DNA of 63,337 nucleotides from an uncultured Algimonas sp. (GTDB taxonomy: Bacteria; Pseudomonadota; Alphaproteobacteria; Caulobacterales; Maricaulaceae): NCBI GenBank assembly GCA_964490745.1, contig CAZBDT010000001.1:1-63337 (forward strand). Reading direction: 5' to 3'. The notes beneath the pieces are model-generated. The model saw only the letters and a list, made by a program, of their open reading frames with translations. It was not told the origin of the DNA and made no database searches. A program made the translations under genes and the position numbers. Shown piece by piece: positions 9,955-19,694 of this stretch (the first letter of the stretch is position 1; each line of letters begins with the position of its first letter).

Positions 9955-12900
9955 CTAGAAACGACCGCGAATGCCGAGGAAGACCCGTGGGCCATAATCA
10001 TTCACTTCGTAAAGATCGTCCCGAACGAAAGCGAATTGCTCTTTAGGTTCACTGAAGAGGTTGATGGCTTCAGCGCGAAGGCTAAAGTTATCCGTCAATC
10101 GATAGCTTGCGCGGGCTTCCCACACACCAACGTCTCCAACATATCTCAGTCTCGTACCGTCAGAGATGAAGGGCTGGAAATAATCATCACGATATTTGTA
10201 ATTTACCTGCATATCGAAATCACCAAGGCCGTAATATACCTGTGCAGAAATCGTATTTTCAGACAAGCCGGGCAATCCACCCGGTGCAATAATACCCTCA
10301 TTCGTTTGGATCACGCTGCCATCCAATTGACGCTGAAAGCCATCACCATAACGGCTGTCTTCAAATTCAAAATTTGAATCCACATAGTTATAGCTGAACT
10401 TCACACCCAATCCGCTCAACAGACCCGGCAGGTAAGTAAAGCCATGTGAGGCCGTAAGTTCGATCCCGAATAAAGTGCTTTCGTCATCACTTGTTTGAGA
10501 AACCGATACAGCCCGAGTAATGTCTTGGCCATTAACTTCGAACGTTTCGTTCTGGCGGACATTTTCAAAACCGCCTTGGAACTTTTTATAATAGGCCCCA
10601 ATCGCCAGAATTGTATCCGGGTTAGGATAATATTCAAAACTTGCATCATAATTCCATGACATAAGGGGATCGAGTTCCGGGTTACCATCCGCAACAACAC
10701 TGCCGATCAGTTGTTCAACAGAATCGACCACTTCATCATCATCTACGGCATTATTAATACGACGACTAAAGCCCATATCCGCTGGGTCCGCACGCGACAT
10801 GGCACGGAAAACACCGAAGCGAACCAGCTTATTTGGCGTGACTTCCATAATCATTGTCGCACTTGGCAACAGCCGCGTATAAGAATTTTCCGCTGTTACA
10901 GCTTCCAAGTCTCCGAATGATAAAGAAAACTCACCGTCATTTTCGGTAACATTCAGAGCTTGACGGAACCCGGTCGCTTCAACGTCTGTCTGTACGAGAC
11001 GCAGGCCTAAATTACCTGAAATCGGTAGTGTTCCATCGATCTTACCTTCATAATTCGTCATGAGGTAAGCTGCCGTGGTTGTTTCCCGCACATCAATCGT
11101 ACGTACACTTTGACGCCGCAATTCAGGAATATCCGCAGAGAAACCGGCTAATGCATTACCAAATGAATTTTCGCGCGCATCCGGGTTTGTCAGATAGGCA
11201 TTGATATCATCCAAGATAGAATTGAGTGACCCAACAGCTGTTTCAGCAATACAGCCCGCATCAAATTGCGCCCAAGAATTTGTGCCTGTTGCATTCCCGT
11301 TTTCATCAACGACAGTCACAAGATCGCCATTGCGCGTGCTGCTGAGGAAGTCCTCTTCTACAAATTCATTATAACAGGCATCACGCGTTGTTCCGATAAT
11401 TGAGACCAATCTTTCTTCAAGCGCGCGCTGTTGATCAAATGCCGCCGCACCGCTACTTTCATTACGATCATCCAAAACCTCGCGGTTATTGACGGTCAGC
11501 TCGCCATCATTTTCAATCTCGAACGAAAACCGTCCTCGGTCCACATCGAGTGGGTTACCTGAATCCGCACCGCCCGGAAGTTCTAAATAATCCTGCTGTG
11601 CCCAGCGTATACCAGCTTCCAGTTCTTTGAAGAACCCTCCACCCAAGTCATATTTTGTGTCGAAACGACCGGAGAATATCTCATTGTCGCGGAAGACATC
11701 ATTATCGATACGCACCCGTAAACGGTCGACATAATTTGAAGGGTCGTTCACATCAAAGGCGTCACTACCGTACAGAGTATATTCCGGGACAATACCATCA
11801 GTGCGATCAAACAAAATAACAGGAGAGCGGTCTGATTGGATACGGAATTCACGGTTATCTTCGGTTCGCTCTGTGCTGGAATAACCAATGTCCGCTGAGA
11901 CGGTCAGACGATCTGTGACCTCAAATTCAAGATTCGCACCACCACCGAGATAGGTCTCTACGCGCTCAAAATCGCCACCTTGTATTTCTATATTTCCGTC
12001 TGTGGCTTGACGCGTGACAGCGCCTGAAGGCGTAGAAATGATAGAGTTGAGCGAGGTGTCAAATGGCCCTGCACCGAGGCTTGTATCATTGCGGCGCCAA
12101 CCATTAAATGTCAGATCGCTGCGTTGCTCACGGATTATTCTTTCGGACCATTGTGCATCCAAATTAATATCAACACGGTCATTGGGCGCCCATTGGACAG
12201 CGCCAAACACGGCGTCCCTTAAATCATTTGTATCATTCTGACGGAAATGACGCTGTGAAGGGGCGAAGACGAAAGGCGTATTTCCATCAATGCGTGCGCC
12301 ATTGGCGTCAAGGCGCGTGTCAAACCCTTCGCGATCGGACCCGCGTGTTGTGAGATTTTCCGGATTTCGGCGATCATTGAAATCATCACAATCATCATCG
12401 CCGCGATCTCTCGTTTCCGGGTTATTAGAAAATCCGGTAAATGTGCCACCATTGGTTTGATCTGTATATTGCGCCCTACCATTGGTGATCAGACAGGCCG
12501 GACGAGAGTTACTGCTAGAGCTTGTTTGGCGAGCTTCAGCTTCCGGATTTGAAATGTCTGAGGTTTGCACACCGATTGAAATTCCGATTTCACCGCCACC
12601 AACATCGAATTGGTCGGTATAACTGCCTGTTAGACGATAGCCGATATCACCCGCCACAGTATCTTTTTGATTGAATTGATCCGGATTCACATTCCCTTTG
12701 ACTTCAAATTGCAGTCTGCGTTTGCCGAAATCGAGCGGTTTAATCGTTTCAATTTGGATTTGCCCCGCAACGCCGCCTTCGATCTGGCTGGCGTCCTGCG
12801 TTTTGAAAACGGCAAGCTTATTAACGAGTTCAGATGGGAATTGAGAGAAGTTCACGGAACGGTCACCCGATCCGTTTGTCGCGGCACGACCATTCACAAC

Positions 12901-13269
12901 AGTAGAAGATAAGTATGGCCCCAAGCCCCGAATAGACACTTCGGTCGCGCCGCCATTTTCACGATGTGAGGCGACACCCGTAATATTTTCAAGCGCTTCA
13001 CCAATAGATAGCGCAGGAATATCCCCAATTTCATCTGCGGATAAGCCGTCAACAATTTGCGTATTATTCCGCTTTAGTGCGATCGCATCCTGAATAACTT
13101 GGCGCGAGCCTGTCACAACGATTGTATCTTCATCGGACCCGGAATCTTGTGCCGCAACAGGTTGGGCCATCAAAGCAATAGCCATAACCGAGGCAGAGGC
13201 CCCAAAAACGGATTTTAGATGAGTGTGAATTCGTGAATGCACAGCACGATTGTGCAGATAATACGCCAT
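9955..13269 (-). CDS. TonB-dependent receptor (likely oligoalginate uptake)
   Basis: Signal peptide, TonB box DTIVVTGS, plug (IGDIPALSIGEALENITGV, IRGLG), GNPELDP, C-terminal Phe; co-oriented upstream of GntR and the lyases. Confidence 0.93.
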   Translation of the reverse strand: MAYYLHNRAVHSRIHTHLKSVFGASASVMAIALMAQPVAAQDSGSDEDTIVVTGSRQVIQDAIALKRNNTQIVDGLSADEIGDIPALSIGEALENITGVASHRENGGATEVSIRGLGPYLSSTVVNGRAATNGSGDRSVNFSQFPSELVNKLAVFKTQDASQIEGGVAGQIQIETIKPLDFGKRRLQFEVKGNVNPDQFNQKDTVAGDIGYRLTGSYTDQFDVGGGEIGISIGVQTSDISNPEAEARQTSSSSNSRPACLITNGRAQYTDQTNGGTFTGFSNNPETRDRGDDDCDDFNDRRNPENLTTRGSDREGFDTRLDANGARIDGNTPFVFAPSQRHFRQNDTNDLRDAVFGAVQWAPNDRVDINLDAQWSERIIREQRSDLTFNGWRRNDTSLGAGPFDTSLNSIISTPSGAVTRQATDGNIEIQGGDFERVETYLGGGANLEFEVTDRLTVSADIGYSSTERTEDNREFRIQSDRSPVILFDRTDGIVPEYTLYGSDAFDVNDPSNYVDRLRVRIDNDVFRDNEIFSGRFDTKYDLGGGFFKELEAGIRWAQQDYLELPGGADSGNPLDVDRGRFSFEIENDGELTVNNREVLDDRNESSGAAAFDQQRALEERLVSIIGTTRDACYNEFVEEDFLSSTRNGDLVTVVDENGNATGTNSWAQFDAGCIAETAVGSLNSILDDINAYLTNPDARENSFGNALAGFSADIPELRRQSVRTIDVRETTTAAYLMTNYEGKIDGTLPISGNLGLRLVQTDVEATGFRQALNVTENDGEFSLSFGDLEAVTAENSYTRLLPSATMIMEVTPNKLVRFGVFRAMSRADPADMGFSRRINNAVDDDEVVDSVEQLIGSVVADGNPELDPLMSWNYDASFEYYPNPDTILAIGAYYKKFQGGFENVRQNETFEVNGQDITRAVSVSQTSDDESTLFGIELTASHGFTYLPGLLSGLGVKFSYNYVDSNFEFEDSRYGDGFQRQLDGSVIQTNEGIIAPGGLPGLSENTISAQVYYGLGDFDMQVNYKYRDDYFQPFISDGTRLRYVGDVGVWEARASYRLTDNFSLRAEAINLFSEPKEQFAFVRDDLYEVNDYGPRVFLGIRGRF

Positions 13270-13322
13270 CTTGGCTTCCCCTTGTAATGTGTCAATTTTT
13301 GACGTTTTTGTTTATTTTTACT

Positions 13323-13392
13323 TGAACCAATTTTATCAAGTTAGTCAACCTATAAATTATACCAAAAATGATAAATAGGTCGGACCAGTTTA
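13323..13392. promoter_or_regulatory. Putative FadR/GntR operator(s) upstream of TBDR 1
   Basis: gaaccaattt, attataccaaaa and ATAGGTCGGACCAGTT (GGT-N3-ACC core). Confidence 0.5.
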
Positions 13393-13647
13393 TGAATAAA
13401 TTCATTGATACATAGCTGTGAATGTCAAGAAATCATTCATCTCACATCAACATAACAAAATTTTACGCCTTATGAAAACGAAGTCATGTGCATTTACTTA
13501 GAATGTTCTCCGTTGATTTGGCCCCGTGTAATTTCATATATATCTGATTCTATTCATTTTTATGACGAGTCCGGAAATTGAGAAGACTCTATTCGATCTG
13601 TGGATAAATATTTTAGATGAGAGTTTTCACTTTTAATTCCAAACGCT

Positions 13648-13698
13648 ATTGGTATGTCTATTGGTATATATGTTTATACAAAATTGGCTTATCCAGTT
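13648..13698 (+). promoter_or_regulatory. Repeated ATTGG(T) half-sites upstream of the oxidoreductase
   Basis: attggtatgtctattggtatat ... aaattggcttatccagtt. Confidence 0.4.
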
Positions 13699-13733
13699 AG
13701 TGAAATAAAGAAACACAGAAGGGGAAAGAAAAT

Positions 13734-14615
13734 ATGACAAAACCAACAATTGGTTTTATCGGCCTGGGCCTTATGGGCGGTAACATGGTTGAAAACCTAC
13801 AAAAACGCGGCTTCAAGGTCGTTGTTATGAACCGCAGCCAAGCGCCTGTTGATCGCGTCTTGGCACGCGGTAATGCCGTTCAGGCCAGCTCTCCCAGAGA
13901 CCTTGCAGAACAAAGCGATATTGTTCAGCTTTGCGTCACAACATCTGATGTTGTGGAAAGTCTTGTTTATGGAGAAGACGGTCTGATGGCTGGTATGAAA
14001 GAGGGCTCTGTTTTAATTGATTTCGGAACGTCCATTCCAGCCTCAACCCAAAAAATTGGAGCTGATCTCGCGAAGAAAGGGATCGGTATGATCGACGCAC
14101 CACTTGGGCGCACACCGGCCCATGCGAAAGACGGCCTTCTCAATATTATGGCGGCAGGCGATAAAGCGACATTTGATAAATATGAACCGATGCTCAAGGA
14201 GCAAGGCGAGAATGTCTTCTATCTTGGCGCGCTCGGCGCAGGCCACACAACGAAGCTGATCAATAATTTCATGGGTATGACGACGGTAACAGCGATGTCT
14301 CAAGCTTTTGCAGCTGCCGAACTTGCAGGTGTTGATCGCCAACAACTTTATGACATTATGTCAGCGGGCCCGTCCAATTCTCCCTTTATGAAATTTTGTA
14401 AAAACTACGCCGTTGATGGAGTCAGTGATTTAGGATTCTCAATTAACAATGCGAATAAAGACCTCCGTTATTTTGCGCAAATGGTCTCTGATCTGGGCTC
14501 ACAGTCTCTCGTTGCAGAAGCCACATCGAAAAGCCTGCAAGCCGCGGTGGATGCCGGCATGGGTGATGGCAATGTTCCTGAAATTTTCGATTATTTCGTG
14601 AAGTTGAAAAAATAG
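13734..14615 (+). CDS. NAD(P)-dependent beta-hydroxyacid dehydrogenase (3-hydroxyisobutyrate/tartronate semialdehyde reductase family)
   Basis: IGFIGLGLMGG Rossmann motif, DAPLGRTP, GAGHTTKLINN (catalytic Lys), KDL. Confidence 0.88.
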   Translation: MTKPTIGFIGLGLMGGNMVENLQKRGFKVVVMNRSQAPVDRVLARGNAVQASSPRDLAEQSDIVQLCVTTSDVVESLVYGEDGLMAGMKEGSVLIDFGTSIPASTQKIGADLAKKGIGMIDAPLGRTPAHAKDGLLNIMAAGDKATFDKYEPMLKEQGENVFYLGALGAGHTTKLINNFMGMTTVTAMSQAFAAAELAGVDRQQLYDIMSAGPSNSPFMKFCKNYAVDGVSDLGFSINNANKDLRYFAQMVSDLGSQSLVAEATSKSLQAAVDAGMGDGNVPEIFDYFVKLKK

Positions 14616-14633
14616 ACTACCTCAATATAATGT

Positions 14634-14663
14634 GTATCAGCGCCAGATTCACGGCGCTGATAC
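14634..14663. terminator. Strong hairpin after the oxidoreductase (terminator or stability element)
   Basis: GTATCAGCGCC / GGCGCTGATAC 11-bp stem; no clear U-tract. Confidence 0.55.
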
Positions 14664-15080
14664 TATACTGCCAGCGCCCAGAACATAGACTTTTCAGAGG
14701 TCGCATGAATTATGAGATAAGAGCACTTTTCTCGATCTAATTACCCCTCTTCTTCTCTTTACATCTTATTTACATAGGTAAAAAAGCTCGCCCCTCAAAA
14801 CAGTGGCTCTTGACCTTAGGGCATATAACGCCTGCCTATGCATGAGCCATAACCTTACTCATTCAGATTAATTGGTTGAGGTTGAACAAGCCAATTCCAA
14901 TGAAACAATGCGAATAACAGCCAGAACGGCCTTAAACACCACATTTCAACGTCTCAAATACATCCTGATATTTGCTGCAGACCTTGCTCTAACGCTGAGC
15001 GCCTCCCAGCTACATCGGTAAGAAAAATATAGCCTCTGGAAACGGTCTTGCACCTGTAGTTATTTTGACTTTCGCCCAAT

Positions 15081-15107
15081 AAAAAACGCCTCATAAACAA
15101 TGAGGCG
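15081..15107 (-). terminator. Rho-independent terminator downstream of TBDR 2
   Basis: CGCCTCAT / ATGAGGCG stem preceded by an A6 run on +. Confidence 0.75.
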
Positions 15108-15172
15108 CTTCAAGTTTCTTTCCAGACGAGGGAACGTCTCAGAAAGTAGTCATTCTTATTAAAATTCAATTT

Positions 15173-15206
15173 TTGATAAAAGCGGCCATAAAGCCACTTT
15201 TATCAA
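15173..15206 (-). terminator. Long hairpin immediately 3' of TBDR 2
   Basis: TTGATAAAAGCGGC / GCCACTTTTATCAA; 14-bp stem with one G-U pair on the - strand. Confidence 0.6.
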
Positions 15207-15222
15207 TCACTATTAGAGGGCC

Positions 15223-18200
15223 TTAGAACGTAAAGTTCACGCCGCCAATGATACGGCGGTCTGTAAAGCCATTGAAGCAAAGCAATGTTCCTTCAGATAC
15301 GCAGAACTGATCCTGATCATTTTGCAGAAGGTTAATTCCCTCAACACCGACATTGATATTGTCATTAATATCATAGGAAATGCTGGCATTGAGCTGACCA
15401 CGGCGTGCGTTGATGAGCGGAGCCCCGACCTTGAAGCTCTCAACAGACGCGGGAAGCGTATAGGCAGAGCGCCAAGTATAGCGAGCCCGAGCGTTCAATC
15501 CGAATTTATCGTAGAAGAGTGTCGCGTTATAGGCGTTCTTCGATAGGTTAGGCTGAACAATTTGTTGAAGCGGTTCCGCGACACCCAGAACTTGGAAAAT
15601 TCTACGGTTACCACCAATTGTCCGGAAGTTTGATGCGAAATCCTGCGCATCACCGCCAGGTTTTTGATATGTATAGTTCGCAATAACACCAAAACCAGAG
15701 GCCCAACCTAAACGATCTTCATATTCTGATAGATCATGCTGGAATGCCACTTCGAGACCAGTTTGGGTAAAGCTACCCTCGCCATTGACAGTTGTTCTAA
15801 ACGGAACACAGATACCAATACCCGGAATAGGGCTGTTAATGTTACGATCTGCGATCGGGTTAAATATACCACCACCTTCACATGGCGGTGTTACATCAAT
15901 ATTGATGACGCCGTCCTGAACATTAGTAGGCGGATCTTCCTGCAGATCGGTGAACAGGTCCGTCCGGTCTTTGTGGAATACACCGACACTCAAGATTGAA
16001 GCCGGTGAGAAATACCATTCTGCCGATAAATCATATGACCAGACCTTTTCCGGACGCAAGGCTGGATTGCCTGTCGCGACAACAGAGTTTGAGCCCGTCC
16101 CAAATGAGACGGATGTCGAAAGATCGTTAAAGTTCGGACGACGAATATCTCGCGATATGCCACCGCGAATAAGAACATCATCTGTAACATCAGCCACAAC
16201 ATTCAAACGTGGTAGGAAGAGATTGTAACCATTCTCTGTGACGGTTTGCTCAACTGCACCTTGAACAACGGTATTACCGGTAGATTCAATCTTTGTATCC
16301 ACCCAACGCACACCAACATTACCCCTTACAGGAAACGCTGTGTCGAAGTCGAAATTTGCTTGTGCGTAAAGTGCATGCGTTTCTTCTTCGATATTAAAGA
16401 AGTCCGTAGAGTTCTCTGATGGCGTATCCAAAGTTGGAATTTGACGACGTCCGTTCAAGCTAGGATCTGAATTGTTCACCGCAACCGCCGCATTAATTGC
16501 AGCAATAATTCCAGCCGGATTGCTAAAGGCCTGTTCAGGATCAATGCCCAGATAGTTTTCGATAAACAGATCACGCCCATCAGCCGCATCAAAATTATCC
16601 GGACCAGCTATTACGAAGTTCGCGAACTGGCTGGCGCGCGGACGATTTAAATCATTGCCATAATTGATGCTGGATAAGGATCGGTTACGCTCCAGCTCTG
16701 TGTTATTGTAACGGTAACCTGCCTCCACTGATGTTAGGCCGCTTAATTTTTCAGATGTATCATAGCCCAGATCAAGCCGAAGGGCCGTCTCACGATTATC
16801 CGCCTCTTGCTGTGTAAAGGTCAAACGTCCCAATTGATAATTGGCTGGATCAAGAAGCTGCGCCGTTGTCGGTGATGACGCTACATTGTCTGCAATGCCA
16901 AATTGCAATGTGCCGCCCGATAAATCAAACGCTACCGGGACACCATTATCTGCATCGCGGCCGCCGGGTACGGGTTGCGCGGCATTCGGGTTGATAAATT
17001 CAAGACGTGGACGGAAACTCGGGCTGTCTGTCTCAGATGAAGCTGTCGAGAATTCAGCTTTACCAAAGAAATTCTCTTTGTCCCATTCAAAACCTGTCGC
17101 GAACACGGCGCTTTCTGTCAGACGAGCCCCGGTGACGGTCGAGACGCGTAAGTTCGGGTTCAATCGGCTTGGTCCGGCGACACTCGGTAGAAGTGTTCCT
17201 CTTAGCGCAGCCTGGACGGTCGGAAGTTGAATATCGCCATTAGGTCCGTCAATTGTTCCAAAATCAATCGTTTCAAATTCCGTGTTGTCCGTCAGCGCGA
17301 CGACATCACCAGCTGAGACACCGGAAAGGTCAAGAACATAGCTTTCTTGCGTACGTTGCTGATCATTATAAAGACCGTCTACGTAGAAACGTAGATCATC
17401 ATTCGGCTTATATTCGAGTGTCCCATTTAAATTAAATGTTTCATATTCGAAGTTGTCTAAGTTCTGCTGGAAAAACTGAATACGTAAAAAATCGAAATCT
17501 TCGGCACTTGCGATGCCTGAGTCTGATGTCAGTACGGCATCACGATCAGCGCGAGGATTGAAGAATGCAACATCTTGGCGCGCATAGCTACCGCTGAAAA
17601 CTAAGCCGAGCTCTTGCCCTCTTGAGTTTTCCCATTTGTTACCGACTGTACCAGAGACTCTTGGCGTCACTGAATCAGCCAAATCACTGCTTTCGACCTC
17701 AGCGCTGAATGCCATCAGTTTGTCATCTAGTGCGAGCGGGCGAATTGTACGTAAGTTGATCGTACCACCAACAGAGCCTTCAATTGTAGACGCATCCGGG
17801 ACCTTGGTCACTTCAACAGAAGATACGAGCGACGCTGGTAAGTCTTCAAAGCTGATACCCGTACGACCAAAGCCTGAACCAACGGACGATACACCATTAA
17901 TTTCTGTACGGTTCGCATCCGTACCGCGAATCTGAACGCCTGTACCAACACCAGCTGTCCGCGTGATTTGAATACCCGTGATATTCTCAAGCACTTCCGC
18001 AAGGTTCTGATCTGGAAGCTTACCAATATCTTCCGCTTGAATAACTTCTACTAAGCTATCGGACGTCCGCTTCTCAATCAAAGCGGTTTCAAGCGCTTGA
18101 CGGATACCTGTCGCAATAACGACATCGCCGTCTTGTGCGTCTTGCGCAAATGCGGACGGCGCTATCGTCATCATCGATAAGCTCGCGCCGAGTAATAGAG

Positions 18201-18255
18201 AGCCTTTTAGCCATGCCATTTTTGGAGTACCGGTACCGGTGGGTCGATCAGTCAT
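15223..18255 (-). CDS. TonB-dependent receptor (carbohydrate type)
   Basis: Signal peptide (SAFAQ), DVVIATGIR, AEDIGKLPDQNLAEVL, GNPALRP, C-terminal FTF. Confidence 0.93.
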   Translation of the reverse strand: MTDRPTGTGTPKMAWLKGSLLLGASLSMMTIAPSAFAQDAQDGDVVIATGIRQALETALIEKRTSDSLVEVIQAEDIGKLPDQNLAEVLENITGIQITRTAGVGTGVQIRGTDANRTEINGVSSVGSGFGRTGISFEDLPASLVSSVEVTKVPDASTIEGSVGGTINLRTIRPLALDDKLMAFSAEVESSDLADSVTPRVSGTVGNKWENSRGQELGLVFSGSYARQDVAFFNPRADRDAVLTSDSGIASAEDFDFLRIQFFQQNLDNFEYETFNLNGTLEYKPNDDLRFYVDGLYNDQQRTQESYVLDLSGVSAGDVVALTDNTEFETIDFGTIDGPNGDIQLPTVQAALRGTLLPSVAGPSRLNPNLRVSTVTGARLTESAVFATGFEWDKENFFGKAEFSTASSETDSPSFRPRLEFINPNAAQPVPGGRDADNGVPVAFDLSGGTLQFGIADNVASSPTTAQLLDPANYQLGRLTFTQQEADNRETALRLDLGYDTSEKLSGLTSVEAGYRYNNTELERNRSLSSINYGNDLNRPRASQFANFVIAGPDNFDAADGRDLFIENYLGIDPEQAFSNPAGIIAAINAAVAVNNSDPSLNGRRQIPTLDTPSENSTDFFNIEEETHALYAQANFDFDTAFPVRGNVGVRWVDTKIESTGNTVVQGAVEQTVTENGYNLFLPRLNVVADVTDDVLIRGGISRDIRRPNFNDLSTSVSFGTGSNSVVATGNPALRPEKVWSYDLSAEWYFSPASILSVGVFHKDRTDLFTDLQEDPPTNVQDGVINIDVTPPCEGGGIFNPIADRNINSPIPGIGICVPFRTTVNGEGSFTQTGLEVAFQHDLSEYEDRLGWASGFGVIANYTYQKPGGDAQDFASNFRTIGGNRRIFQVLGVAEPLQQIVQPNLSKNAYNATLFYDKFGLNARARYTWRSAYTLPASVESFKVGAPLINARRGQLNASISYDINDNINVGVEGINLLQNDQDQFCVSEGTLLCFNGFTDRRIIGGVNFTF

Positions 18256-18367
18256 TCTTCATTTCCCCGAAGTAAAAGTTGAATCGTATGCTTTAGTTTT
18301 TTGTGGATATGAAAAGAACCAATAGCAAGCCTGATGTCAAGCCAATAAAACTACCAATTTGAGATAA

Positions 18368-18380
18368 TTGGTATGACCAA
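18368..18380. promoter_or_regulatory. FadR/UxuR-type operator upstream of TBDR 2
   Basis: Perfect TTGGT-ATG-ACCAA palindrome, with extra ACCAAT half-sites at about 18318 and 18353. Confidence 0.6.
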
Positions 18381-18840
18381 AGTTGTTATTTGGATGACTG
18401 TAGTAATTTAGCAACAGATTTACGTTTTCGTTGCTTTAAATATTGCGGCAATTATTTTGGCTTCAAAACAATAATGGAGCCTCTTAGAGACTTTTTAACT
18501 GAACGGAATAACTCTCGTTTCAGAGCACTGAGCACTGATTAGAAGAGGCGCAGAAGATTCGTGTGCCTTAGATTTCGTATAATGTCTTAAGCACCAAGCG
18601 TGACCTAAATCGCCTTACTTTCCTGTGTGCTTCAGATGACAGCTTAAGAAACATCTCAATAACAAACCGCAATTCAAACAGTCGATAAAAGATCCTCGAA
18701 GGCCCTCGTCTTAAGGATCGGGACTATGGTTAAAAAAATCTAAAACTGATATACACCTTTTAGTTGTTTTTTCAAGCTATATACTGCAATATATTAGCGC
18801 GCTTCAGTAAAACTTATCTAGCGATAATGAAAGTAAAATA

Positions 18841-19269
18841 ATGAAGTCTACAATCGGGATAATTCAATCCGACTCTGATTTTGGGGAAGAACTGACACGC
18901 GTCTTAATCAAAGACGATCATATAGTTTTGCCCGTAGCTCACTCTCTGCGAGATGCATACAAAAATTTTTCGACTTATAATGCAGATATTTATATTATTG
19001 ATGGGCAATTCCCGAGAGAAATGGTTTTGCGCCTTTCAGATATGTTCACGCTTATCAATGTTCCGCATATCGTAAATTATAATCATGATTTGTTATTGCG
19101 AAAATCGGCCTTCAACAATCTTGAGGTTTCAAATTACGCGACTATGCTAACTGAAAAAGTTGACGACCCTATCTCCAAAGCTATTTCATTAGCTGTATGG
19201 GAATTTCACGTCAGTCTTCAAATTTCAAAGTCATTCGGACAAACTGCACCTGCACAATCCATCATTTAA
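18841..19269 (+). CDS. Hypothetical protein, degenerate receiver (CheY-like) domain
   Basis: IGIIQSD...ADIYIIDG pattern resembles REC beta1/beta3; no conserved KP is visible. Confidence 0.45.
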   Translation: MKSTIGIIQSDSDFGEELTRVLIKDDHIVLPVAHSLRDAYKNFSTYNADIYIIDGQFPREMVLRLSDMFTLINVPHIVNYNHDLLLRKSAFNNLEVSNYATMLTEKVDDPISKAISLAVWEFHVSLQISKSFGQTAPAQSII

Positions 19270-19694
19270 CGACATCCATCAATTCAGATAATATCTCTGC
19301 TAATATGTCTGCGACCGGCTTTTTCTGTTAGTCACCCCACACCCTAATTTACATTTCTATACAGCCTGAGCCAAGATATATATGTCGAGTCAGAAGAAGA
19401 CAGAAAGGATGAGCGCAGTAAGTTACTCAAAACAACCCCGAAGGACTCCGAGGCCGCCCACTATTTCCTAGATATATTTAAAAAGATGACAGACACGGCC
19501 ATAGAGCTTTCAGGAATTGAGCGTTTTGATCAGAACCATAATGCATTATCTCGATCCTAAATGTTACTCGCCACGAGGGCCAATGCCTTTAAAGGGTCAC
19601 AAGCTATGATCCAACGCGCCTTAAAGAACTAAAGCGCGGAGCGGCTTTGCCGGACACACTGAAACTAACTGTCAGAGAAGACAAAATTCTCAGC

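Noticed and set aside
14664-15080. 400-bp intergenic stretch as a possible sRNA or gene remnant
   Set aside because: No ORF of 60 aa or more, no recognisable RNA family and no convincing promoter-terminator pair by eye
18522-18538. GAGCACT tandem duplication
   Set aside because: Only two 7-bp copies; expected by chance and not CRISPR-like
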